A stretch of 64,000 nucleotides of DNA from positions 32,001 through 96,000 of IMG/VR virus record IMGVR_UViG_3300025778_000010; one strand, 5' to 3'. A program made the position numbers and the translations under genes. The notes beneath the pieces are model-generated. The model was not told where the DNA came from. It did not search any database and saw only the letters and a list, made by a program, of their open reading frames with translations. This document shows, piece by piece, positions 27,666-35,296 of this stretch. Each line of letters opens with the position of its first letter. Within the stretch, counting starts at the first letter, position 1. The stretch comes from a virus.

Positions 27666-27962
27666 TGGCAACAACAATTCACCTTGGCGGAATAGAATCA
27701 GAATGTGAGAAGTGTCGTGAAATTGCGGGAGAAAATAATGAATAAAGTAAATCGTGTTCAAGAGTTGCGGAGATCAAATGCTGCAACTCCAATTCGTAAC
27801 AAGAAAAAATATACACGTAAAAATAAATATAAAAATAAATTTGAATAAATATTTATAACATTGCATAGCTATGCGACACGCCCGAGTGCGGCTGGCCCCT
27901 GTCAACTCGACACGCCGATTACGGGGTGTGATTTTAATCTCCCAAATACTGGCGGGTACAAC

Positions 27963-27991
27963 TAGATAATGTCAGTGGGTTCTGCTATACT
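27963..27991 (+). promoter_or_regulatory. PafBC-type promoter
   Basis: TAGATA-17-TATACT; TGTCAG-N10-TATACT. Confidence 0.8.
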
Positions 27992-28021
27992 TCCGATATC
28001 AAGAAAAGAAAGGGGCATTAA

Positions 28022-28249
28022 ATGTCTACTGTTGCCACATATTGCAAAGATTGCAATAAGCGTTTATCTGATATTTCAGTATATGACGCTCCCTATACTT
28101 CCGATTCTACTTGCTGGGAGTGTATCTTCAAGTCCTGCGATAACTGCTATGGTCAAGGAATTACTGGATGGGTATCTCCAGATGGTGATTTTGATTTTGA
28201 TTATTGCGAGTGCAACCCACTTTGCCTAACACTAGAAGAGGTCAAATAA
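28022..28249 (+). CDS. Cys-rich zinc-finger protein
   Basis: GAAAGGGG RBS; three CxxC and one CxC. Confidence 0.7.
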   Translation: MSTVATYCKDCNKRLSDISVYDAPYTSDSTCWECIFKSCDNCYGQGITGWVSPDGDFDFDYCECNPLCLTLEEVK

Positions 28250-28440
28250 TGACTAATGAAACTATTTTTGAAGTAGCCTGCCTATACTATGAAGTATGCG
28301 GTACAAGCGAAGTATTCTACTCTGAAGAAGAGTATGATATCTATGGCGATGATTATGTCTGCCCTGAGTGCTATTATCAGATGGCGGAAATGGAGTCTGA
28401 TTCCTTCCCGCTATCTTTAGAATATGATGAGGGGGAATAA
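28249..28440 (+). CDS. small acidic zinc-binding protein
   Basis: GAGG RBS, start MTNETI; D/E/Y-rich; CPEC. Confidence 0.65.
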   Translation: MTNETIFEVACLYYEVCGTSEVFYSEEEYDIYGDDYVCPECYYQMAEMESDSFPLSLEYDEGE

Positions 28441-28518
28441 TGTCTGACAAGTCTGCTCAAGATCTATTTAATGAAATGGATACCCTTTGGGATAATTTCA
28501 AGAAAGCCACATGGCAAA

Positions 28519-28540
28519 TGTCAGTGGTGCCTGCTACAAT
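28519..28540 (+). promoter_or_regulatory. PafBC-type promoter
   Basis: TGTCAG-N10-TACAAT. Confidence 0.75.
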
Positions 28541-28563
28541 AACATCCTTAACCCAACCAAAGA

Positions 28564-29049
28564 ATGGAAACTAACATGACAACAACCCTAACCCGTGGCG
28601 AAGCCAAAGATACAATTGATTTCGCAATTGAACAATTTATCAACGAGATTGAAGTCTCTGATGATATGCTATTAACGATTACCTATGCCGTAAATAATGA
28701 CTTGCAGATTCGTGATTACTTCCTTGGGCTCCCGTCCGATTATGGTATGCAGGTATGCGTTGATTTTGTCAACTATCTTTCACGAGTAACTAATGCACGA
28801 GAAGGATATGCATATGACACAATTTCTGCAATGTATCATATTGAACAAGGCAACACAGACTTGGCTAAGTCTCTGCTAGAAATTGCAGAAAAAAATAATC
28901 CTGATTATAATCTCATGAAACTTGCGAAGAGAATTCTTTCAGCAGGTTGGCCAGGTTCCGAATTAACTAGAATGCGTAATGAATTGCATTCTTCAGTTGT
29001 GGATACTATCACCGAAGAGCCAAATATTTTAATTGAAGAGGTGGCGTAA
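28564..29049 (+). CDS. helical hypothetical protein (DUF4192-like)
   Basis: DLQIRDYFLG...PDYNLMKL resembles the actinobacterial DUF4192 C-part. Confidence 0.5.
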   Translation: METNMTTTLTRGEAKDTIDFAIEQFINEIEVSDDMLLTITYAVNNDLQIRDYFLGLPSDYGMQVCVDFVNYLSRVTNAREGYAYDTISAMYHIEQGNTDLAKSLLEIAEKNNPDYNLMKLAKRILSAGWPGSELTRMRNELHSSVVDTITEEPNILIEEVA

Positions 29050-29207
29050 TGTCAGCACCATATGCAACAATTAACGGCGTTGAGGTTCATGAGGACCTCA
29101 ACGGCTATGCCGTGGTCATGAAGAATGGCAAGGTAATTAAAAAGTATACCAACTCAAGAGAAGACGCATTAGGCAAAGCAATGCACTATGCACAGGAGAT
29201 TAAATAA
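29049..29207 (+). CDS. hypothetical 52-aa protein
   Basis: Read manually: MSAPYATINGVEVHED...; GAGGTGG RBS. Confidence 0.6.
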   Translation: MSAPYATINGVEVHEDLNGYAVVMKNGKVIKKYTNSREDALGKAMHYAQEIK

Positions 29208-29423
29208 ATGGCAAAGCATCCACCAGTCAACAGTGCACAATGGCATTCTGTATTTGCAGATGATCAATGCAAAATTTATCAAGACGGTAACGATGATATT
29301 TTTTTCAAGGTCATGATCAAGGGCCAACGTGTTAAATATTTTTATAATGAAACAGCTCATAGCGACGTTGCACGTTACTGCAGCGACGAGCTTGGAATTA
29401 GCTATTGGTCCGTATTAAATTAA
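29208..29423 (+). CDS. hypothetical early protein
   Basis: AGGAG RBS. Confidence 0.7.
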   Translation: MAKHPPVNSAQWHSVFADDQCKIYQDGNDDIFFKVMIKGQRVKYFYNETAHSDVARYCSDELGISYWSVLN

Positions 29424-29684
29424 TTTAACTTGGGTGGGGAATAAAATGCAAGCGGTAGCATATGTATTGGTCTATGGATCTGCATTCGCTATCGCATGCA
29501 TTTTTTATTTTATATTTTCTAAAAAAGATTTTTAAATGCGGTGTGTCGAGTTGACAACCGTTGATTTTTGGGCTGGCCCGTCAAGCCGACACGCCGTTTA
29601 CGGGGCGTGATTTTAATCACATGGAATGGGCGGGGACAAAACGGACATATCAGACAAATCATTATTTAACTTAGGCTTTACGGG

Positions 29685-29714
29685 TAGACAGATGTCAGCC
29701 TTATCTGCTAGAAT
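29685..29714 (+). promoter_or_regulatory. PafBC-type promoter
   Basis: TAGACA-18-TAGAAT; TGTCAG-N10-TAGAAT. Confidence 0.8.
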
Positions 29715-29745
29715 AGGCATACATTAACAGAAAGAAGGAAAAAAT

Positions 29746-30786
29746 ATGACTAACCCAATGTCACAGGTTCATCGCTCAGAAGTTGAGGATGGTTCTGTAT
29801 CTCTTGCTGTATCACTTCGCACAAATCCTGCATGGCACTCTTTTGCTAACAAGGTATTTGCTAAGGATGAGCAAGTCACAACCGCACAAATGCTAGATGC
29901 TGCTAAACTCTCAAATTGGAATGTTTCTCTTGAGTCTGTTTCAGATTTATTGCCAGACAACTATGATTCTGTTAGCGAGAATTTTTTGGTTGTTCGTGAT
30001 AACCCTTACACAGCAGGACAAAAAGATGTTCTCTCAGTTGTAGGCTCACGCTATAAGGCTGTTCAGAATGAAGAACTCTTTTCTTTTGCAGATAACCTAC
30101 ATGATGGAAACCCTGATGTAAATTGGGAAAGTGCAGGTTCTCTAAAGAATGGTCGTGTTGTATTTGGCACAATGTCAATTCCCCGCACTATGGTTCTTGA
30201 CCCTAATGGTGCTAATGACACTACCAATCTTTATCTCGTAGTTTACACTTCACACGATGGTTCAGTTGCGGTTCAATCTGCAATTACCCCTGTTCGTGTT
30301 ATGTGTCAAAACACTCTTAATTTCGCTATGCGTAAGGCTAAGCAATCTTTCAAGATTCGCCACACTCAGACAGTAGATGGAAAAATTGCTGCTGCTCGTG
30401 AGACTCTAGGTCTAACTCTTGCGTACATGGATGAATTCGAAACACAAGCAAAAGAACTTTTCTCTCGTGAAGTGACAAATGCTAAGTTTAGCGAAATCAT
30501 TAACAAGATGTATCCTAAGCCAGAGGCAGATGTTAAGGGTTCAATCAAGAAGTGGGAAAACAAGGTTGTTCTGCTTGATGACCTTTACCATAACTCTCCT
30601 ACTAATGCTAATATCAAGGGTACAGCATGGGGCGTTGTAAATGCTCTAACCGAACGCCTTGATTACTATCGCACAGCCCGCAAGGGAAACAGCGATTCGC
30701 TAATGGCAGGTGCAAGCGGATTTGACCCTGTTATCACAGCAGAAAAAAATAAAATTGTTAAGCAGGTTCTTGCACTTACCGCTTAA
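29746..30786 (+). CDS. DUF932 family phage/plasmid protein
   Basis: PAWH, Y-x-x-VQN, ESAGSLKNGR, SHDGS, TPVRVMCQNTL, GTAWGVVNALTE. Confidence 0.85.
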   Translation: MTNPMSQVHRSEVEDGSVSLAVSLRTNPAWHSFANKVFAKDEQVTTAQMLDAAKLSNWNVSLESVSDLLPDNYDSVSENFLVVRDNPYTAGQKDVLSVVGSRYKAVQNEELFSFADNLHDGNPDVNWESAGSLKNGRVVFGTMSIPRTMVLDPNGANDTTNLYLVVYTSHDGSVAVQSAITPVRVMCQNTLNFAMRKAKQSFKIRHTQTVDGKIAAARETLGLTLAYMDEFETQAKELFSREVTNAKFSEIINKMYPKPEADVKGSIKKWENKVVLLDDLYHNSPTNANIKGTAWGVVNALTERLDYYRTARKGNSDSLMAGASGFDPVITAEKNKIVKQVLALTA

Positions 30787-30792
30787 TAAATT

Positions 30793-30814
30793 GTGAGGGG
30801 CGAAAGCCCCTCAC
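30793..30814 (+). terminator. GC-rich hairpin with GAAA loop (terminator or processing site)
   Basis: GTGAGGGGC-GAAA-GCCCCTCAC. Confidence 0.6.
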
Positions 30815-30821
30815 CTCTCTT

Positions 30822-30895
30822 GATTCCATAGATCAATTGGTTAGATCGCTACCCTGTCACGGTAGAGGTTGCGGGTTCAAGTCCCGTTGGAATCG
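30822..30895 (+). tRNA. tRNA-Asp(GTC)
   Basis: Cloverleaf; anticodon arm CTACC-CTGTCAC-GGTAG; no encoded CCA. Confidence 0.93.
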
Positions 30896-31045
30896 CAAAG
30901 TTTAAATGGTCATCACGGCGTGTCGAGTTGACAAAACAGCTGGGGCGGGCTGGCCCCATAAAATCCATAATGTCAAGTCTTTACGGATGTGATTATAAAC
31001 ACATTTACGGATGACCGATATGTCCGATTTGTCTGCGTGTCTAAA

Positions 31046-31074
31046 TTGATTACTCATGGGTAACTTGCTATAAT
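31046..31074 (+). promoter_or_regulatory. SigA promoter, near-leaderless
   Basis: TTGATT-17-TATAAT with TG extension; ATG 8 nt downstream. Confidence 0.7.
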
Positions 31075-31082
31075 ACTCACCT

Positions 31083-31724
31083 ATGGAAAATGTAAAAGAA
31101 ACTTGGTTCAAATGGGATTATGTATGCCCAAATTGCGATGCACATATTGAGATGACTATTAAATCTAATGGTCATCCACATAGCGAGATTTGTTCTAAAT
31201 GCTATGAGCGTCTAACTCTGATGTCAGTGGTAGATGCTACAATATACCCAACTCAAAAGAAAGAAGAACAAACTATGGAAACAACAATCGCTGAACTTTA
31301 TAACCCAAATATGTTGGTTACATATAAGAAGATTACTGATGGTAATACTGAATATATTACTGATAAGGTAACTGATATTGAGTGGGCTCTTGCTCAATCC
31401 CGCCGTAACTATGAGAGCCTTACAGAGCAACAAAATAATTGGTATCTCAAAGAGTCAAAACTACGCACTTTGCTAAATGATGTATTTCACGATTCAGAAG
31501 ACCAAGACACACTTGAAAAAATTGCTGATATTTTTGATGTTCCACTAACTAAGGAAATCGAAGTAACCGCTTGGGTCAATGTCAATATGACTATCGAAGT
31601 TGATATGCGTGAAGGCGAATATGATGTTGAAGACCTTGTTCGCAATAATCTCACAGTAGATGCCTATGGTGGAGAAATCACAGTTCACGACTTTGATGTA
31701 GACCGAGTAGAGGAGCAATACTAA
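31083..31724 (+). CDS. hypothetical protein: N-terminal Zn ribbon and likely second in-frame start at 31275
   Basis: CPNC and CSKC; internal TGTCAG-N10-TACAAT at 31222-31243 before METT. Confidence 0.7.
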   Translation: MENVKETWFKWDYVCPNCDAHIEMTIKSNGHPHSEICSKCYERLTLMSVVDATIYPTQKKEEQTMETTIAELYNPNMLVTYKKITDGNTEYITDKVTDIEWALAQSRRNYESLTEQQNNWYLKESKLRTLLNDVFHDSEDQDTLEKIADIFDVPLTKEIEVTAWVNVNMTIEVDMREGEYDVEDLVRNNLTVDAYGGEITVHDFDVDRVEEQY

Positions 31725-31996
31725 TGGCAGTAGCAGTTATTGAAGTCCCGTCCCCTGCTCGTATGGCGAACGGGATTAGCAAATGCCTAACCGCTGGAAT
31801 TGAATATGAGATGCTGGGTGGGATGCAGGTAGAGATTACTTGTGCTGATGAGATGAAGTTAGCTAGAATAATTACAGCCTTTGGCGGTAAAATCCTAAGT
31901 GCTTTTAATCATAAACCAATCACACCAGATGCCCCTAAGCACGAAGTCCAATATGCTAGGACACATAGACCAATTCAGACACGCCGAAAGAATTGA
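31724..31996 (+). CDS. hypothetical protein
   Basis: GAGGAG RBS, TAATG overlap. Confidence 0.65.
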   Translation: MAVAVIEVPSPARMANGISKCLTAGIEYEMLGGMQVEITCADEMKLARIITAFGGKILSAFNHKPITPDAPKHEVQYARTHRPIQTRRKN

Positions 31997-32022
31997 CATA
32001 AGCACCCCGCTTGTGTTAGAAT
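31978..32022 (+). promoter_or_regulatory. GACAC box plus SigA promoter
   Basis: GACACGCCG; TTGACA-18-TAGAAT. Confidence 0.7.
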
Positions 32023-32061
32023 ACAACCTCAACCCCTAACAAAGAAAAGGAAAACCCAACA

Positions 32062-32478
32062 ATGGCAAAAGCAATCTCAGTTAAAGTAGCAACACCAAAG
32101 GTAATCGCCGCTTTGGAAACAAAGTTGGAAACAATAAAAACAACTAAGGCAAATGAAAAGCAATTAGAGGCTGCTTTCCAAGAAGAACTAAAGGCTTGGA
32201 ATAAGGCTTTGTTTGATTATGCTCTATCAAAGTTTGACTCTGCTACAAATATCCGCACCAATTATCGTAGTTGGTCAAACTCTCTTAACATTGACTTTGA
32301 TGTTGATACACAAGGCAAGGATTTTCCTGCTCAACCTACTCGTCAATTTGAGCAACTTCACGACCACAACTATCGTGAAATTGTTGATGAAATTGAGAAC
32401 GCAATTCGTATTCTCAAAATGACAGATGAGGAAACAGTTAATGCTTCCACATTTAAGTCAATCGCACAGTATCTCTAA
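32062..32478 (+). CDS. hypothetical early protein
   Basis: AAAAGGA RBS; 138 aa. Confidence 0.75.
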   Translation: MAKAISVKVATPKVIAALETKLETIKTTKANEKQLEAAFQEELKAWNKALFDYALSKFDSATNIRTNYRSWSNSLNIDFDVDTQGKDFPAQPTRQFEQLHDHNYREIVDEIENAIRILKMTDEETVNASTFKSIAQYL

Positions 32479-32607
32479 TTAGTTAATCACTTGGGAGGGA
32501 AGTCTTGACTTCCCTCCCCTTATCTGATAGGATACGCAAATGGCAATCATATTTTTATTAGGCACAATTTTTGTAATCGCAGTAATAGCACTAGGAGGAA
32601 TACTATA

Positions 32608-32976
32608 ATGGGAGCACGAGTTAATTTTGTTTTCAAGACCGAGGAAGACAAGCCAAAGATTGTTTTGTATAGTCATTGGGGAGAATACTCATGGCGTGAA
32701 GATTTGGCTAATGCCTTAGATAAGGCAACACCTAGATTAAAAATGGGTGATAGTTCATATGCTCTCCGTATTATCATTGACCAACTAACAAAAGAAGGTC
32801 GGGATGAAGAAACAGGCTTCGGTCTTTATATTGCGGATGAAGACCAAATGTATTGGGATACCACAGTTGAAGTAGACCTTACAACTCAACAGGTAAATGA
32901 TGAAGGAAACTGGCATTCATTTTCATCATTCATTGAATATCAAGGTGAGGTGTTAGAGTATCATGTTGGGGTATAA
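32608..32976 (+). CDS. hypothetical phage protein
   Basis: AGGAGG RBS; MGAR...LYSHWG motif. Confidence 0.75.
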   Translation: MGARVNFVFKTEEDKPKIVLYSHWGEYSWREDLANALDKATPRLKMGDSSYALRIIIDQLTKEGRDEETGFGLYIADEDQMYWDTTVEVDLTTQQVNDEGNWHSFSSFIEYQGEVLEYHVGV

Positions 32977-33140
32977 ATTAGAGGATTTGAATAAGATGAT
33001 TGATGCTACTTATTTAGCTTTAAATTATCTTCCCCCCGCACAAACAGATCTTGCAGATAATCTAGCCAAAGCAAATGATTTTCTCCAGGGTCTTTGGGCA
33101 GAGGGCTACTTTGAGTAGCCTGAGCCTGACCAGTAATTTG

Positions 33141-33215
33141 GACATTTACGACATTACGGACATTACGGAGGATCGCTTGAACACATTTACGAGGGGCTTG
33201 ACAAAACCTTTTACG
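33141..33215 (+). repeat. CATT(T)ACG direct-repeat cluster
   Basis: GACATTTAC-GACATTACG-GACATTACG, then ACATTTACG and TTTTACG. Confidence 0.65.
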
Positions 33216-33233
33216 ATAGGATAAAATAGGGCT

Positions 33234-33419
33234 ATGAAAGAATACGAGATACTAGCAACCCAATCAATTTACCTATCAAAGAAGGTAATGGCTGAAACAG
33301 AGGCAGAAGCAAATGCTATTGCTGCAAACACACCAGTAGATGAGTGGACAACTGATTCTACTGAATTAATTATTGATTTCCTACGCACAGAACCTGTGCA
33401 GTTACGACTTGACATCTGA
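33234..33419 (+). CDS. leaderless hypothetical protein
   Basis: TTGACA-18-TAAAAT at 33198-33227; ATG 6 nt later. Confidence 0.7.
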   Translation: MKEYEILATQSIYLSKKVMAETEAEANAIAANTPVDEWTTDSTELIIDFLRTEPVQLRLDI

Positions 33420-33472
33420 TATCTTGATGTAGTAGAATACCCATACTGACCAACTAGTAGAAAGAATGACAA

Positions 33473-34195
33473 ATGCCAAACTGGGTGTATAACGGATTAA
33501 CCATTGAAGGTAGTCCTGAATCTGTAGATAAACTTGTATCTCAACTTAATCAACCATTTACTGTGATGCACGAAACATGGGATATTTCTACCAATTCTTT
33601 TATTAAGAAAAATACTCTTTATTCAAACCCTGTTTTTGCATTTTGGAATATAGTTAAACCAACAGACATGGATGCATATTATGGTCCAAGTCCAAAAGTT
33701 GATTTAAATAAGCCTATTAGATTTGATTCAAATCATTGGTACGACTGGAATGTGCGTAACTGGGGAACAAAATGGGATGTAGCCATATCTGTAACTGAAA
33801 GCCATCCAGAAACATATATGGAAGGCCCTATTAATAACGGTGATAATAAAGTAGTTTATTATAACTTTAATACTGCTTGGAGTTATCCTGAGCCTGCTAT
33901 TAAGAATCTTTCTTTACAGTTCTCCGACCTTTTATTTACGTTAGGCTACGAAGAAGAAACAGGCTGGGGTGGCGAAGCAGAATTCCTTAGAGGCGAAATA
34001 ATTAGTCATAATCAATATGACTACAAATGTAAAGACTGTGAATATGCAACTAGTGATGCATTAGAGTTTTGCGAAGACTGCTCAGATTATCCTTGTCCGC
34101 AATGTGGTTGGGCGAGTGCAGTTGACGAATGCCCTGTCCATAGTGTAGAATACGACCAGAAACAAACCCAACTACAGGAGGCAAATAATGTCTGA
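33473..34195 (+). CDS. DUF1281/YubB ferredoxin-like domain protein
   Basis: MPNW, WYDWNVRNWGTKWD, FNTAWS, Cys-rich tail; promoter TTGACA-18-TAGAAT at 33409-33438. Confidence 0.75.
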   Translation: MPNWVYNGLTIEGSPESVDKLVSQLNQPFTVMHETWDISTNSFIKKNTLYSNPVFAFWNIVKPTDMDAYYGPSPKVDLNKPIRFDSNHWYDWNVRNWGTKWDVAISVTESHPETYMEGPINNGDNKVVYYNFNTAWSYPEPAIKNLSLQFSDLLFTLGYEEETGWGGEAEFLRGEIISHNQYDYKCKDCEYATSDALEFCEDCSDYPCPQCGWASAVDECPVHSVEYDQKQTQLQEANNV

Positions 34196-34448
34196 CCAAT
34201 TAACTTTAGACCCATATCTACAACGTATGGTTGAAGCAGGTATGGACGGTGCGGATATCATGCACGGTCATCTTAAGGTCCTAATGGCACGTGCAGAGAG
34301 TGCATTAGCAGACGCCATAGAGGACGAAGAGGCTTCGGGTGAGGCCATGGATAGCATGGAGCGACGGTACTGGGAGGGTGTGGAAGAAGCATACTCAGAA
34401 CTGTATAAATTAACTTATGCTATTGCATTTGCAAAGGCGGGTAAGTAA
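34188..34448 (+). CDS. hypothetical protein
   Basis: AGGAGG RBS. Confidence 0.7.
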   Translation: MSDQLTLDPYLQRMVEAGMDGADIMHGHLKVLMARAESALADAIEDEEASGEAMDSMERRYWEGVEEAYSELYKLTYAIAFAKAGK

Positions 34449-34572
34449 TGAAGACTTATCGTATCACTTTTATCTGTGATGAAAAATGGTTAGAAGCCAT
34501 TAATAAATTTACAGATGTAGATGTATATGACAACGAAATATTATACATAGAGCACTTTGAGGAGATCAACTA

Positions 34573-34887
34573 ATGTCATCATCAATGTTTGTACAAACCA
34601 ATTCATATCTAGATAATCTAAAATGGGAGTTTCCTAATCATGCCCCGTTGGTCCTATTGTACATGTGGGACATCACCCGTGATGTCTTTCAAGATATTGA
34701 ATTATCTGACGGGGATTCTTCTTGGGGAGAACTTATCCCAGTTCCTGGAACTACTTTAGAGGATGTATGGAATAAGTTTATTAAAGATCCTTGGGGCGGA
34801 TTTGACGTAGAAGAATATGATGTAGTACAATGGTTGTCCCGTGAAGACTTTATCCAAGACTATGAGGGCGAGGAAGTAGATGAATAA
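34573..34887 (+). CDS. acidic hypothetical protein
   Basis: GAGGAG RBS; D/E/W-rich. Confidence 0.7.
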   Translation: MSSSMFVQTNSYLDNLKWEFPNHAPLVLLYMWDITRDVFQDIELSDGDSSWGELIPVPGTTLEDVWNKFIKDPWGGFDVEEYDVVQWLSREDFIQDYEGEEVDE

Positions 34888-35176
34888 ACTAGAAGAGCGT
34901 ACATATAAAAAGCTTGTAGAAGGCCTTGGACACAACGATGTCTCACCTGCAGCAATGGCAAGACATATGTTAAATGAATCTCGTTATGTTAACGAATCGT
35001 TCATCCAATTGTTTACAAACTACATAATCCAAATGGGCACCGCACATACGGTCCCACTATATCTAAAAGAATCACACGATTTGTGCAAGTACATGCTTAC
35101 CACCCTGCAGGAGTTGGGCCTAATGGGAGAATATGGAAGAATGGAACTTGACACAAACGAATACCTGTCGGTATAA
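34880..35176 (+). CDS. hypothetical protein
   Basis: Overlapping ORF, last gene of plus-strand island. Confidence 0.7.
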   Translation: MNKLEERTYKKLVEGLGHNDVSPAAMARHMLNESRYVNESFIQLFTNYIIQMGTAHTVPLYLKESHDLCKYMLTTLQELGLMGEYGRMELDTNEYLSV

Positions 35177-35182
35177 TAGGTA

Positions 35183-35271
35183 TTCGAACAAAATCCTAGC
35201 GTTCAGGTGTCAGCCAAGTTAGGTATACAAGGGCAGTTCACGAGTCATTCCGTGAACTGCCTTTCTCTTTT
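35183..35271 (+). ncRNA. candidate ~90-nt sRNA
   Basis: TTGACA-18-TATAAT (35148-35177) followed by an ORF-less stretch ending in a terminator. Confidence 0.5.
35232..35271 (+). terminator. intrinsic terminator
   Basis: GGCAGTTCACG-N8-CGTGAACTGCC-TTTCTCTTTT. Confidence 0.85.
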
Positions 35272-35296
35272 CCCAGAGCCAGAGATCTAAAAACCC

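Noticed and set aside
27969-28229. ORF MSVGSAIL... in the track
   Set aside because: Its ATG is part of the promoter motif upstream of the predicted TSS; the overlapping 28022..28249 has the RBS and a coherent Zn-finger sequence
26260-30956. GCTGGCCC as a Chi site
   Set aside because: It only partly resembles E. coli GCTGGTGG, I know of no such Chi for Actinobacteria, and it is concentrated in the regulatory modules rather than spread genome-wide
24780-31986. CGGCGTGTCG repeats as a CRISPR or mini-array
   Set aside because: Repeats are only 10-17 bp, occur in both orientations, are irregularly spaced and are tied to promoters
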